From the NCBI GenBank assembly GCA_964016885.1, contig OZ024741.1, positions 115,630,001 through 115,694,000 on the forward strand: 64,000 bases of DNA. The letters run 5' to 3'. How positions within the stretch are numbered: the first letter of the stretch is position 1; every line of letters starts with the position of its first letter. Under the pieces are notes generated by a model. That model ran no database searches. It saw only the letters and a list, made by a program, of their open reading frames with translations, and had not been told where the DNA came from. The stretch comes from Eledone cirrhosa (lineage: Eukaryota). Positions 1-12,720 of this stretch are shown in pieces. A program made the translations under genes and the position numbers.

Positions 1-2032
1 TAACTCTGATCGAAAGATATACTTGAGGTGGGGGTTACATTTGTCATAGGATATAGATATAACTCTGATGGAAAGATGTTCTTGATGTGGGGGTTACATT
101 TGTCATAGAATATAGATATAATCCTGATGGAAAGATGTTCTTGAGGTGGGGGTTACATTTGTCATAGAATATAGATATAACTCTGATTGAAAGATTTTGT
201 TGAGGTAGGGGTTACATTTGTCATAGAATATAGATATAACTCTGAGTGAAAGATGTTCTTGAGGTGGGCGTTACATTTGTCATAGAATATAGATATAACT
301 CTGATAGAAAGATGTTCTTGGGGTGGGGGTTACATTTGTCATAGAATATAGATATAACTCTGAGTGAAAGATGTTCTTGAGGTGGGGGTTTCATTTGTCA
401 TAGAATATAGATATAACTCTGATTGAAAGATTTTGTTGAGGTAGGGTTTACATTTGTCATAGAATATACATATAATTCTGACTGAAAAATATTCTTGAGG
501 TGGGGGTTACATTTGTCATAGAATATAGATATAACTCTGATAGAAAGTTGTTCTTGGGGTAGGGGTTACATTTGTCATAGAATATACGTATAATTCTGAC
601 TGAAAGATGTTCTTGAGGTGGGGGTTACATTTGTCATAGAATATAGATATAACTCTGAGTGAAAGATGTTCTTGAGGTGGGGGTTACATTTGTCATAGAA
701 TATAGATATAACTCTGATAGAAAGATGTTCTTGAGGTGGGGGTTACATTTGTCATAGAATATAGATATAACTCTGTTTGAAAGATGTTCTTGAGGTGGGG
801 GTTACATTTGTCATAGAATATAGATATAACTCTGATAGAAAGATGTTCTTGGGGTAGGGGTTACATTTGTCATAGAATATACATATAATTCTGACTGAAA
901 GATGTTCTTGAGGTGGGGGTTAAATTTGTCATAGAATATAGATATAACTCTGATAGAAAGATGTTCTTGGGGTAGGGGTTACATTTGTCATAGAATATAG
1001 ATATAACTCTGATTGAAAGATGTTCTTGACGTGGGGGTTACATTTGTCATAGAATATAGATGTAACTCTGATTGAAAGATGTTCTTGGGGTGGGGGTTAC
1101 ATTTGTCATAGAATATAGATATAACTCTGAGTGAAAGATGTACTTGGGGTGGGGGTTACATTTGTCATAGAATATAGATATAACTCTGAGTGAAAGATGT
1201 TCTTGAGGTGGGGTTACATTTGTCATAGAATATAGATATAACTCTGATTGAAAGATTTTGTTGAGGTAGGGGTTACATTTGTCATAGAATATAGATATAA
1301 CTCTGTTTGAAAGATGTTCTTGAGGTGGGGGTTACATTTGTCATAGAATATAGATATAACTCTGATTGAAAGATTTTGTTGAGGTAGGGGTTACATTTGT
1401 CATAGAATATAGATATAACTCTGAGTGAAAGATGTTCTTGGGGTGGGGTTACATTTGTCATAGAATATAGATATAACTCTGATTGAAAGATTTTGTTGAG
1501 GTAGGGGTTACATTTGTCATAGAATATAGATATAACTCTGAGTGAAAGATGTTCTTGAGGTGGGGTTACATTTGTCATAGAATATAGATATAACTCTGAT
1601 AGAAAGATGTTCTTGAGGTGGGGGTTTCATTTGTCATAGAATATAGATATAACTCTGTTTGAAAGATGTTCTTGAGGTGGGGTTACATTTGTCATAGAAT
1701 ATAGATATAACTCTGAGAGAAAGATGTTCTTGGGGTAGGGGTTACATTTGTCATAGAATATACATATAATTCTGACTGAAAGATGTTCTTGAGGTGGGGG
1801 TTACATTTGTCATAGAATATAGATATAACTCTGACTGAGAGATGTTCTTGAGGTGGGGGTTACATTTGTCATAGAATATTGTTATAACTCTGTCTGAAAG
1901 ATGTTCTTGAGGTGGGGGTTAAATTTGTCATAGAATATAGATATAACTCTGATAGAAAGATGTTCTTGGGGTAGGGGTTACATTTGTCATAGAATATATA
2001 TATAACTCTGTTTGAAAGATGTTCTTGAGGTG

Positions 2033-4443
2033 GGGGTTACATTTGTCATAGAATATAGATATAACTCTGACTGAAAGATATTAATGAGGTAGGGGTTACA
2101 ATTGTCATAGAATATAGATATAACTCTGATCGAAAGATATACTTGAGGTGGGGGTTACATTTGTCATAGAATATAGATATAACTCTGATTGAAAGATGTT
2201 CTTGAGGTGGGAGTTACATTTGTCATAGAATATAGATATAACTCTGACTGAAAGATGTTCTTGATGTGGGGCTTACATTTGTCATAGAATATACATATAA
2301 TTCTGACTGAAAAATGTTCTTGAGGTGGGGGTTACATTTGTCATAGAATATAGATATAACTCGGATAGAAAGATGTTCTTGGGGTAGGGGTTATATTTGT
2401 CGTAGAATATACATATAATTCTGACTGAAAGATGTTCTTGAGGTGGGGGTTACATTTGTCATAGAATATAGATATAACTCTGATAGAAAGATGTTCTTGG
2501 GGTAGGGGTTACATTTGTCATAGAATATACATATAATTCTGACTGAAAGATGTTCTTGAGGTGGGGATTACATTTGTCATAGAATATAGATATAACTCTG
2601 AGTGAAAGATGTTCTTGAGGTGGGGGTTACATTTGTCATAGAATATAGATATAACTCTGATAGAAAGATGTTCTTGGGGTAGAGGTCACATTTGTCATAG
2701 AATATACATATAATTCTGACTGAAAGATGTTCTTGAGGTGGGGGTTGCATTTGTCATAGAACATAGGTATAACTCTGACTGAAAGATGTTCTTGAGGTGG
2801 GGGTTACATTTGTCATAGAATATAGATATAACTCTGATAGAAAGATGTTCTTGGGGTAGGGGTTACATTTGTCATAGAATATAGATATAACTCTGATAGA
2901 AAGTTATTCTTGGGGTAGGGGTTACATTTGTCATAGAATATACATATAATTCTGACTGAAAGATGTTCTTGAGGTGGGGGTTACATTTGTCATAGAACAT
3001 AGATATAACTCTGACTGAAAGATGTTCTTGAGGTGGGTGTTACATTTGTCATAGAATATAGATATAACTCTGATAGAAAGTTGTTCTTGGGGTAGGGGTT
3101 ACATTTGTCATAGAATATACATATAATTCTGACTGAAATATATTCTTGAGGTGGGGGTTACATTTGTCATAGAAAATTGATATAACTCTGATAGAAAGTT
3201 GTTCTTGGGGTAGGGGTTACATTTGTCATAGAATATAGATATAACTCTGACTGAAAGATATTAATGAGGTAGGGGTTACAATTGTCATAGAATATAGATA
3301 TAACTCTGATCGAAAGATATACTTGAGGTGGGGGTTACATTTGTCATAGAATATAGATATAACTCTGATTGAAAGATGTTCTTGAGGTGGGAGTTACATT
3401 TGTCATAGAATATAGATATAACTCTGACTGAAAGATGTTCTTGATGTGGGGCTTACATTTGTCATAGAATATACATATAATTCTGACTGTAAAATGTTCT
3501 TGAGGTGGGGGTTACATTTGTCATAGAATATAGATATAACTCGGATAGAAAGATGTTCTTGGGGTAGGGGTTATATTTGTCGTAGAATATACATATAATT
3601 CTGACTGAAAGATGTTCTTGAGGTGGGGGTTACATTTGTCATAGAATATAGATATAACTCTGATAGAAAGATGTTCTTGGGGTAGGGGTTACATTTGTCA
3701 TAGAATATACATATAATTCTGACTGAAAGATGTTCTTGAGGTGGGGATTACATTTGTCATAGAATATAGATATAACTCTGAGTGAAAGATGTTCTTGAGG
3801 TGGGGGTTACATTTGTCATAGAATATAGATATAACTCTGATAGAAAGATGTTCTTGGGGTAGAGGTCACATTTGTCATAGAATATACATATAATTCTGAC
3901 TGAAAGATGTTCTTGAGGTGGGGGTTGCATTTGTCATAGAACATAGGTATAACTCTGACTGAAAGATGTTCTTGAGGTGGGGGTTACATTTGTCATAGAA
4001 TATAGATATAACTCTGATAGAAAGATGTTCTTGGGGTAGGGGTTACATTTGTCATAGAATATAGATATAACTCTGATAGAAAGTTATTCTTGGGGTAGGG
4101 GTTACATTTGTCATAGAATATACATATAATTCTGACTGAAAGATGTTCTTGAGGTGGGGGTTACATTTGTCATAGAACATAGATATAACTCTGACTGAAA
4201 GATGTTCTTGAGGTGGGTGTTACATTTGTCATAGAATATAGATATAACTCTGATAGAAAGTTGTTCTTGGGGTAGGGGTTACATTTGTCATAGAATATAC
4301 ATATAATTCTGACTGAAATATATTCTTGAGGTGGGGGTTACATTTGTCATAGAAAATTGATATAACTCTGATAGAAAGTTGTTCTTGGGGTAGGGGTTAC
4401 ATTTGTCATAGAATATAGATATAACTCTGACTGAAAGATATTA
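2033..4443 (+). repeat. Tandem duplication of a 20-monomer block (period 1180 bp)
   Basis: Rare variants pair at exactly +1180: ttaatgagg 2081/3261, agaggtcaca 2681/3861, ggggttgcat 2741/3921, acataggtat 2761/3941, aggtgggtgt 3031/4211. One difference was noticed (2310 a versus 3490 t). Confidence 0.93.
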
Positions 4444-7400
4444 TTGAGGTAGGGGTTACAATTGTCATAGAATAGAGATATAACTCTGATCGAAAGATAT
4501 ACTTGAGGTGGGGGTTACATTTCTCATGGAATATAGATATAACTCTGATTGAAAGATGTTCTTGAGGTGAGGGTTACATTTCTCATGGAATATAGATATA
4601 ACTCTGATTGAAAGATGTTCTTGAGTTGGGGTTACATTTGTCATAGGATATAGATATAACCCTGATAGAAAGATGTTCTTGGGGTAGGGATTACATTTGT
4701 CATAGAATATAGATATAACTCTGATAGAAAGATGTTCTTGAGGTGGGGGTTACATTTGTCATAGAATATAGATATAACTCTGACTGAAAGATGTTCTTGA
4801 GGTGGGGGTTACATTTGTCATAGAATATAGATATAACTCTGATAGAAAGATGTTCTTGGGGTAGGGGTTACATTTGTCATAGAATATATATATAACTCTG
4901 TTTGAAAGATGTTCTTGAGGTGGGGGTTACATTTGTCATAGAATATAGATATAACTCTGATCGAAAGATATACTTGAGGTGGGGGTTACATTTGTCATAG
5001 AATATAGATATAACTCAGATTGAAAGATGTTCTTGAGGTGAGGGTTACATTTCTCATGGAATATAGATATAACTCTGTTTGAAAGATGTGGTTGAGGTGG
5101 GGGTTACATTCGTCATAGAATATAGATATAACTCTGACTGAAAGATGTTCTTGAGGTGGGGGTTACATTTGTCATAGAATATAGATATAACTCTGTTAGA
5201 AAGATGTTCTTGGGGTAGGGGTTACATTTGTCATAGAATATAGATATAACTCTGATTGAAAGATGTTCTTGAGTTGGGGTTACATTTGTCATAGGATATA
5301 GATATAACCCTGATGGAAAGATGTTCTTGAGGTGGGGGTTACATTTGTCATAGAATATAGATATAATTCTGATTGAAAGATTTTGTTGAGGTAGGGTTTA
5401 CATTTGTCATAGAATATAGATATAACTCTGATTGAAAAATTTTGTTGAGGTGGGGGTTACATTTGTCATAGAATATAGATATAGCTCTGATAGAAAGATG
5501 TTCTTGAGGTGGGGGTTACATTTGTCATAGAATATAGATATAACCCTGATTGAAAGATGTTCTGGAGGTGGGGTTACATTTGTCATAGAATATAGATATA
5601 ACTCAGACTAAAAGATTATCGAGGTAGGGGTTACATTTGTTATAGAATATAGATATAACACTGATTGAAAGATGTTCTTGAGGTGGTGGTTACATTTGTC
5701 ATAGAATATAGATATAACTCTAATTGAAAGATGTTCTTGAGTTGGGGGTTACATTTGTCATAGAATATAGATATAACTCTGATTGAAAGATGTTCTTGAG
5801 GTGGGGGTTACAATTGTCATAGAATATAGATATAACTCTGATTGAAAGATGTTCTTGAGGTGGGGGTTACATTTGTCATAGAATATAGATATAAACCAGA
5901 ATGAAAGATGTTCTTGAGGTGGGGGTTACATTTGTCATAGAATATAGATATAACTCTGATTGAAAGATGTTCTTGAGGTGGGAGTTACATTTGTCATAAA
6001 ATATAGATATAACTCTGACTGAAAGATGTTCTTGAGGTGGGGGTTACATTTGTCATAGAATATACATATAATTCTGACTGAAAAATGTTCTTGAGGTGGG
6101 GGTTACATTTGTCATAGAACATAGATATAACTCTGATAGAAAGATATTCTTGGGGTAGGGGTTACATTTGTCATAGAATATACATATAATTCTGACTGAA
6201 AGATGTTCTTGAGGTGGGGATTACATTTGTCATAGAATATAGATATAACTCTGAGTGAAAGATGTTCTTGAAGTGGGGGTTACATTTGTCATAGAATATA
6301 GATATAACTCTGATAGAAAGATGTTCTTGGGGTAGGGGTTACATTTGTCATAGAATATACATATAATTCTGACTGAAAGATGTTCTTGAGGTGGGGATTA
6401 CACTTGTCATAGAATATACATATAATTCTGACTGAAAGATGTTCTTGAGGTGGGGGTTACATTTGTCATAGAACATAGATATAACTCTGACTGAAAGATG
6501 TTCTTGAGGTGGGGGTTACATTTGTCATAGAATATAGATATAACTCTGATAGAAAGATGTTCTTGGGGTAGGGGTTACATTTGTCATAGAATATAGATAT
6601 AACTCTGATAGAAAGTTATTCTTGGGGTAGGGGTTACATTTGTCATAGAATATACATATAATTCTGACTGAAAGATGTTCTTGAGGTGGGGGTTACATTT
6701 GTCATAGAACATAGATTTAACTCTGACTGAAAGATGTTCTTGAGGTGGGGGTTACATTTGTCATAGAATATAGATATAACTCTGATGGAAAAGATATTAT
6801 TGAGGTAGGGGTTACAATTGTCATAGAATATAGATATAACTCTGATCGAAAGATATACTTGAGGTGGGGGTTACATTTGTCATAGAATATAGTTATAACA
6901 CTGATTGAAAGATATACTTGAGGTGAGGGTTACATTTCTCATGGAATATAGATATAACTCTGATTGAAAGATGTTCTTGAGTTGGGGTTACATTTGTCAT
7001 AGGATATAGATATAACCCTGATGGAAAGATGTTCTTGAGGTGGGGGTTACATTTGTCATAGAATATAGATATAACTCTGTTTGAAAGATGTGGTTGAGGT
7101 GGGGGTTACATTCGTCATAGAATATAGATATAACTCTGACTGAAAGATGTTCTTGAGGTGGGGGTTACATTTGTCATAGAATATAGATATAACTCTGATA
7201 GAAAGATGTTCTTGGGGTAGGGATTACATTTGTCATAGAATATAGATATAACTCTGATAGAAAGATGTTCTTGAGGTGGGGGTTACATTTGTCATAGAAT
7301 ATAGATATAACTCTGACTGAAAGATGTTCTTGAGGTGGGGGTTACATTTGTCATAGAATATACATATAATTCTGACTGAAAAATGTTCTTGAGGTGGGGG

Positions 7401-10379
7401 TTACATTTGTCATAGAATATAGATATAACTCGGATAGAAAGATGTTCTTGGGGTAGGGGTTATATTTGTCGTAGAATATACATATAATTCTGACTGAAAG
7501 ATGTTCTTGAGGTGGGGGTTACATTTGTCATAGAATATAGATATAACTCTGATAGAAAGATGTTCTTGGGGTAGGGGTCACATTTGTCATAGAATATACA
7601 TATAATTCTGACTGAAAGATGTTCTTGAGGTGGGGGTTACATTTGTCATAGAACATAGATATAACTCTGACTGAAAGATGTTCTTGAGGTGGGGGTTACA
7701 TTTGTCATAGAATATAGATATAACTCTGATAGAAAGATGTTCTTGGGGTAGGGGTTACATTTGTCATAGAATATAGATATAACTCTGATAGAAAGTTATT
7801 CTTGGGGTAGGGGTTACATTTGTCATAGAATATACATATAATTCTGACTGAAAGATGTTCTTGAGGTGGGGGTTACATTTGTCATAGAACATAGATATAA
7901 CTCTGACTGAAAGATGTTCTTGAGGTGGGGGTTACGTTTGTCATAGAATATAGATATAACTCTGATAGAAAGTTGTTCTTGGGGTAGGGGTTACATGTGT
8001 CATAGAATATACATATAATTCTGACTGAAATATATTCTTGAGGTGGGGGTTACATTTGTCATAGAAAATTGATATAACTCTGATAGAAAGTTGTTCTTGG
8101 GGTAGGGGTTACATTTGTCACAGAATATAGATATAACTCTGACTGAAAGATATTATTGAGGTAGGGGTTACAATTGTCATAGAATATAGATATAACTCTG
8201 ATCGAAAGATATACTTGAGGTGGGGGTTACATTTGTCATAGAATATAGTTATAACTCTGATTGAAAGATATACTTGAGGTGAGGGTTACATTTGTCATAG
8301 AATATAGATATAACTCTGATAGAAAGATGTTCTTGGGGTAGGGATTACATTTGTCATAGAATATAGATATAACTCTGATAGAAAGTTGTTCTTGAGGTGG
8401 GGGTTACATTTGTCATAGAATATAGATATAACTCTGTTTGAAAGATGTGGTTGAGGTGGGGGTTACATTCGTCATAGAATATAGATATAACTCTGACTGA
8501 AAGATGTTCTTGAGGTGGGGGTTACATTTGTCATAGAATATAGATATAACTCTGATAGAAAGATGTTCTTGGGGTAGGGATTACATTTGTCATAGAATAT
8601 AGATAAAACTCTGATAGAAAGATGTTCTTGAGGTGGGGGTTACATTTGTCATAGAATATAGATATAACTCTGACTGAAAGATGTTCTTGAGGTGGGGGTT
8701 ACATTTGTCATAGAATATAGATATAACTCTGATAGAAAGATGTTCTTGGGGTAGGGGTTACATTTGTCATAGAATATATATATAACTCTGTTTGAAAGAT
8801 GTTCTTGAGGTGGGGGTTACATTTGTCATAGAATATAGATATAACTCTGATCGAAAGATATACTTGAGGTAGGGGTTACATTTGTCATAGAATATAGATA
8901 TAACTCAGATTGAAAGATGTTCTTGAGGTGAGGGTTACATTTCTCATGGAATATAGATTTAACTCTGATTGAAAGATGTTCTTGATTTGGGGTTACATTT
9001 GTCATAGGATATAGATATAACCCTGATGGAAAGATGTTCTTGAGGTGGGGTTACATTTGTCATAGAATATAGATATAATTCTGATTGAAAGATTTTGTTG
9101 AGGTAGGGGTTACATTTGTCATAGAATATAGATATAGCTCTGATAGAAAGATGTTCTTGAGGTGAGGGTTACATTTGTCATAGAATATAGATATAACCCT
9201 GATTGAAAGATGTTCTGGAGGTGGGGTTACATTTGTCATAGAATATAGATATAACTCAGACTAAAAGATTATCTTGAGGTAGGGGTTACATTTGTTATAG
9301 AATATAGATATAACCCTGATTGAAAGATGTTCTTGAGGTGGTGGTTACATTTGTCATAGAATATAGATATAACTCTGATTGAAAGACGTTCTTGAGGTGG
9401 AGGTTACATTTGTCATAGAATATAGATATAACTCTAATTGAAAGATGTTCTTGAGTTGGGGGTTACATTTGTCATAGAATATAGATATAACTCTGATTGA
9501 AAGATGTTCTTGAGGTGGGGGTTACAATTGTCATAGAATATAGATATAACTCTGATTGAAAGATGTTCTTGAGGTGGGGGTTACATTTGTCATAGAATAT
9601 AGATATAACCCAGAATGAAAGATGTTCTTGAGGTGGGGGTTACATTTGTCATAGAATATAGATATAACTCTGATTGAAAGATGTTCTTGAGGTGGGAGTT
9701 ACATTTGTCATAGAATATAGATATAACTCTGACTGAAAGATGTTCTTGAGGTGGGGGTTACATTTGTCATAGAATATACATATAATTCTGACTGAAAAAT
9801 GTTCTTGAGGTGGGGGTTACATTTGTCATAGAATATAGATATAACTCGGATAGACAGATGTTCTTGGGGTAGGGGTTATATTTGTCGTAGAATATACATA
9901 TAATTCTGACTGAAAGATGATCTTGAGGTGGGGGTTACATTTGTCATAGAATATAGTTATAACTCTGAGTGAAAGATGTTCTTGAGGTGGGGGTTACATT
10001 TGTCATAGAATATAGATATAACTCTGATAGAAAGATGTTCTTGGGGTAGGGGTTACATTTGTCATAGAATATACATATAATTCTGACTGAAAGATGTTCT
10101 TGAGGTGGGCATTACATTTGTCATAGAATATAGATATAACTCTGAGTGAAAGAGGTTCTTGAGGTGGGGGTTACATTTGTCAAAGAATATAGATATAACT
10201 CTGATAGAAAGATGTTCTTGGGGTAGGGGTTACATTTGTCATAGAATATACATATAATTCTGACTGAAAGATGTTCTTGAGGTGGGGGTTACATTTGTCA
10301 TAGAACATAGATATAACTCTGACTGAAAGATGTTCTTGAGGTGGGGGTTACATTTGTCATAGAATCTAGATATAACTCT

Positions 10380-12720
10380 GATAGAAAGATGTTCTTGGGG
10401 TAGGGGTTACATTTGTCATAGAATATAGATATAACTCTGATAGAAAGTTATTCTTGGGGTAGGGGTTACATTTGTCATAGAATATACATTTAATTCTGAC
10501 TGAAAGATGTTCTTGAGGTGGGGGTTACATTTGTCATAGAACATAGATATAAATCTGACTGAAAGATGTTCTTGAGGTGGGGGTTACATTTGTCATAGAA
10601 TATAGATATAACTCTGATAGAAAGTTGTTCTTGGGGTAGGGGTTACATTTGTCATAGAATATACATATAATTCTGACTAAAATATATTCTTGAGGTGGGG
10701 GTTACATTTGTCATAGAAAATTGATATAACTCTGATAGAAAGTTGTTCTTGGGGTAGGGGTTACATTTGTCATAGAATATAGATATAACTCTGACTGAAA
10801 GATATTATTGAGGTAGGGGTTACAATTGTCATAGAATATAGATATAACTCTGATCGAAAGATATACTTAAGGTGGGGGTTACATTTGTCATAGAATATAG
10901 ATATAACTCTGATTGAAAGATATACTTGAGGTGAGGGTTACATTTCTCATGGAATATAGATATAACTCTGATTGAAAGATGTTCTTGAGTTGGGGTTACA
11001 TTTGTCATAGGATATAGATATAACCCTGATGGAAAGATGTTCTTGAGGTGGGGGTTACATTTGTCATAGAATATAGATATAACTCTGTTTGAAAGATGTG
11101 GTTGAGGTGGGGGTTACATTCGTCATAGAATATAGATATAACTCTGACTGAAAGATGTTCTTGAGGTGGGGGTTACATTTGTCATAGAATATAGATATAA
11201 CTCTGATAGAAAGATGTTCTTGGTGTAGGGATTACATTTGTCATAGAATATAGATATAACTCTGATAGAAAGATGTTCTTGAGGTGGGGGTTACATTTGT
11301 CATAGAATATAGATATAACTCTGACTGAAAGATGTTCTTGAGGTGGGGGTTACATTTGTCATAGAATATACATATAATTCTGACTGAAAAATGTTCTTGA
11401 GGTGGGGGTTACATTTGTCATAGAATATAGATATAACTCGGATAGAAAGATGTTCTTGGGGTAGGGGTTATATTTGTCGTAGAATATACATATAATTCTG
11501 ACTGAAAGATGTTCTTGAGGTGGGGATTACATTTGTCATAGAATATAGATATAACTCTGAGTGAAAGATGTTCTTGAGGTGGGGGTTACATTTGTCATAG
11601 AATATAGATATAACTCTGATAGAAAGATGTTCTTGGGGTAGGGGTCACATTTGTCATAGAATATACATATAATTCTGACTGAAAGATGTTCTTGAGGTGG
11701 GGGTTACATTTGTCATAGAACATAGATATAACTCTGACTGAAAGATGTTCTTGAGGTGGGGGTTACATTTGTCATAGAATATACATATAATTCTGACTGG
11801 AAAATGTTCTTGAGGTGGGGGTTACATTTGTCATAGAATATAGATATAACTCAGATAGAAAGATGTTCTTGGGGTAGGGGTTATATTTGTCGTAGAATAT
11901 ACATATAATTCTGAATGAAAGATGTTCTTGAGGTGGGGGTTACATTTGTCGTAGAACATAGATATAACTCTGACTGAAAGATGTTCTTGAGGTGGGGGTT
12001 ACATTTGTCATAGAATATAGATATAACTCTGATAGAAAGATGTTCTTGGGATAGGGGTTACATTTTTCATAGAATATAGATAGAACTCTGATAGAAAGTT
12101 ATTCTTGGGGTAGGGGTTACATTTGTCATAGAATATACATTTAATTCTGACTGAAAGATGTTCTTGAGGTGGGGGTTACATTTGTCATAGAACATAGATA
12201 TAACTCTGACTGAAAGATGTTCTTGAGGTGGGGGTTACATTTGTCATAGAATATAGATATAACTCTGATAGAAAGTTGTTCTTGGGGTAGGGGTTACATT
12301 TGTCATAGAATATACATATAATTCTGACTGAAATATATTCTTGAGGTGGGGGTTACATTTGTCATAGAAAATTGATATAACTCTGATAGAAAGTTGTTCT
12401 TGGGGTAGGGGTTACATTTGTCATAGAATATAGATATAACTCTGACTGAAAGATATTATTGAGGTAGGGGTTACAATTGTCATAGAATATAGATATAACT
12501 CTGATCGAAAGATATACTTAAGGTGGGGGTTACATTTGTCATAGAATATAGATATAACTCTGATTGAAAGATATACTTGAGGTGAGGGTTACATTTCTCA
12601 TGGAATATAGATATAACTCTGATTGAAAGATGTTCTTGAGTTGGGGTTACATTTGTCATAGGATATAGATATAACCCTGATGGAAAGATGTTCTTGAGGT
12701 GGGGGTTACATTTGTCATAG
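10380..12720 (+). repeat. Partial duplication at +1651 bp (28 monomers)
   Basis: The private variants tacatttaattc (~10485/~12136) and atatacttaagg (10861/12512) recur at the same offset. Boundaries are approximate. Confidence 0.75.
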
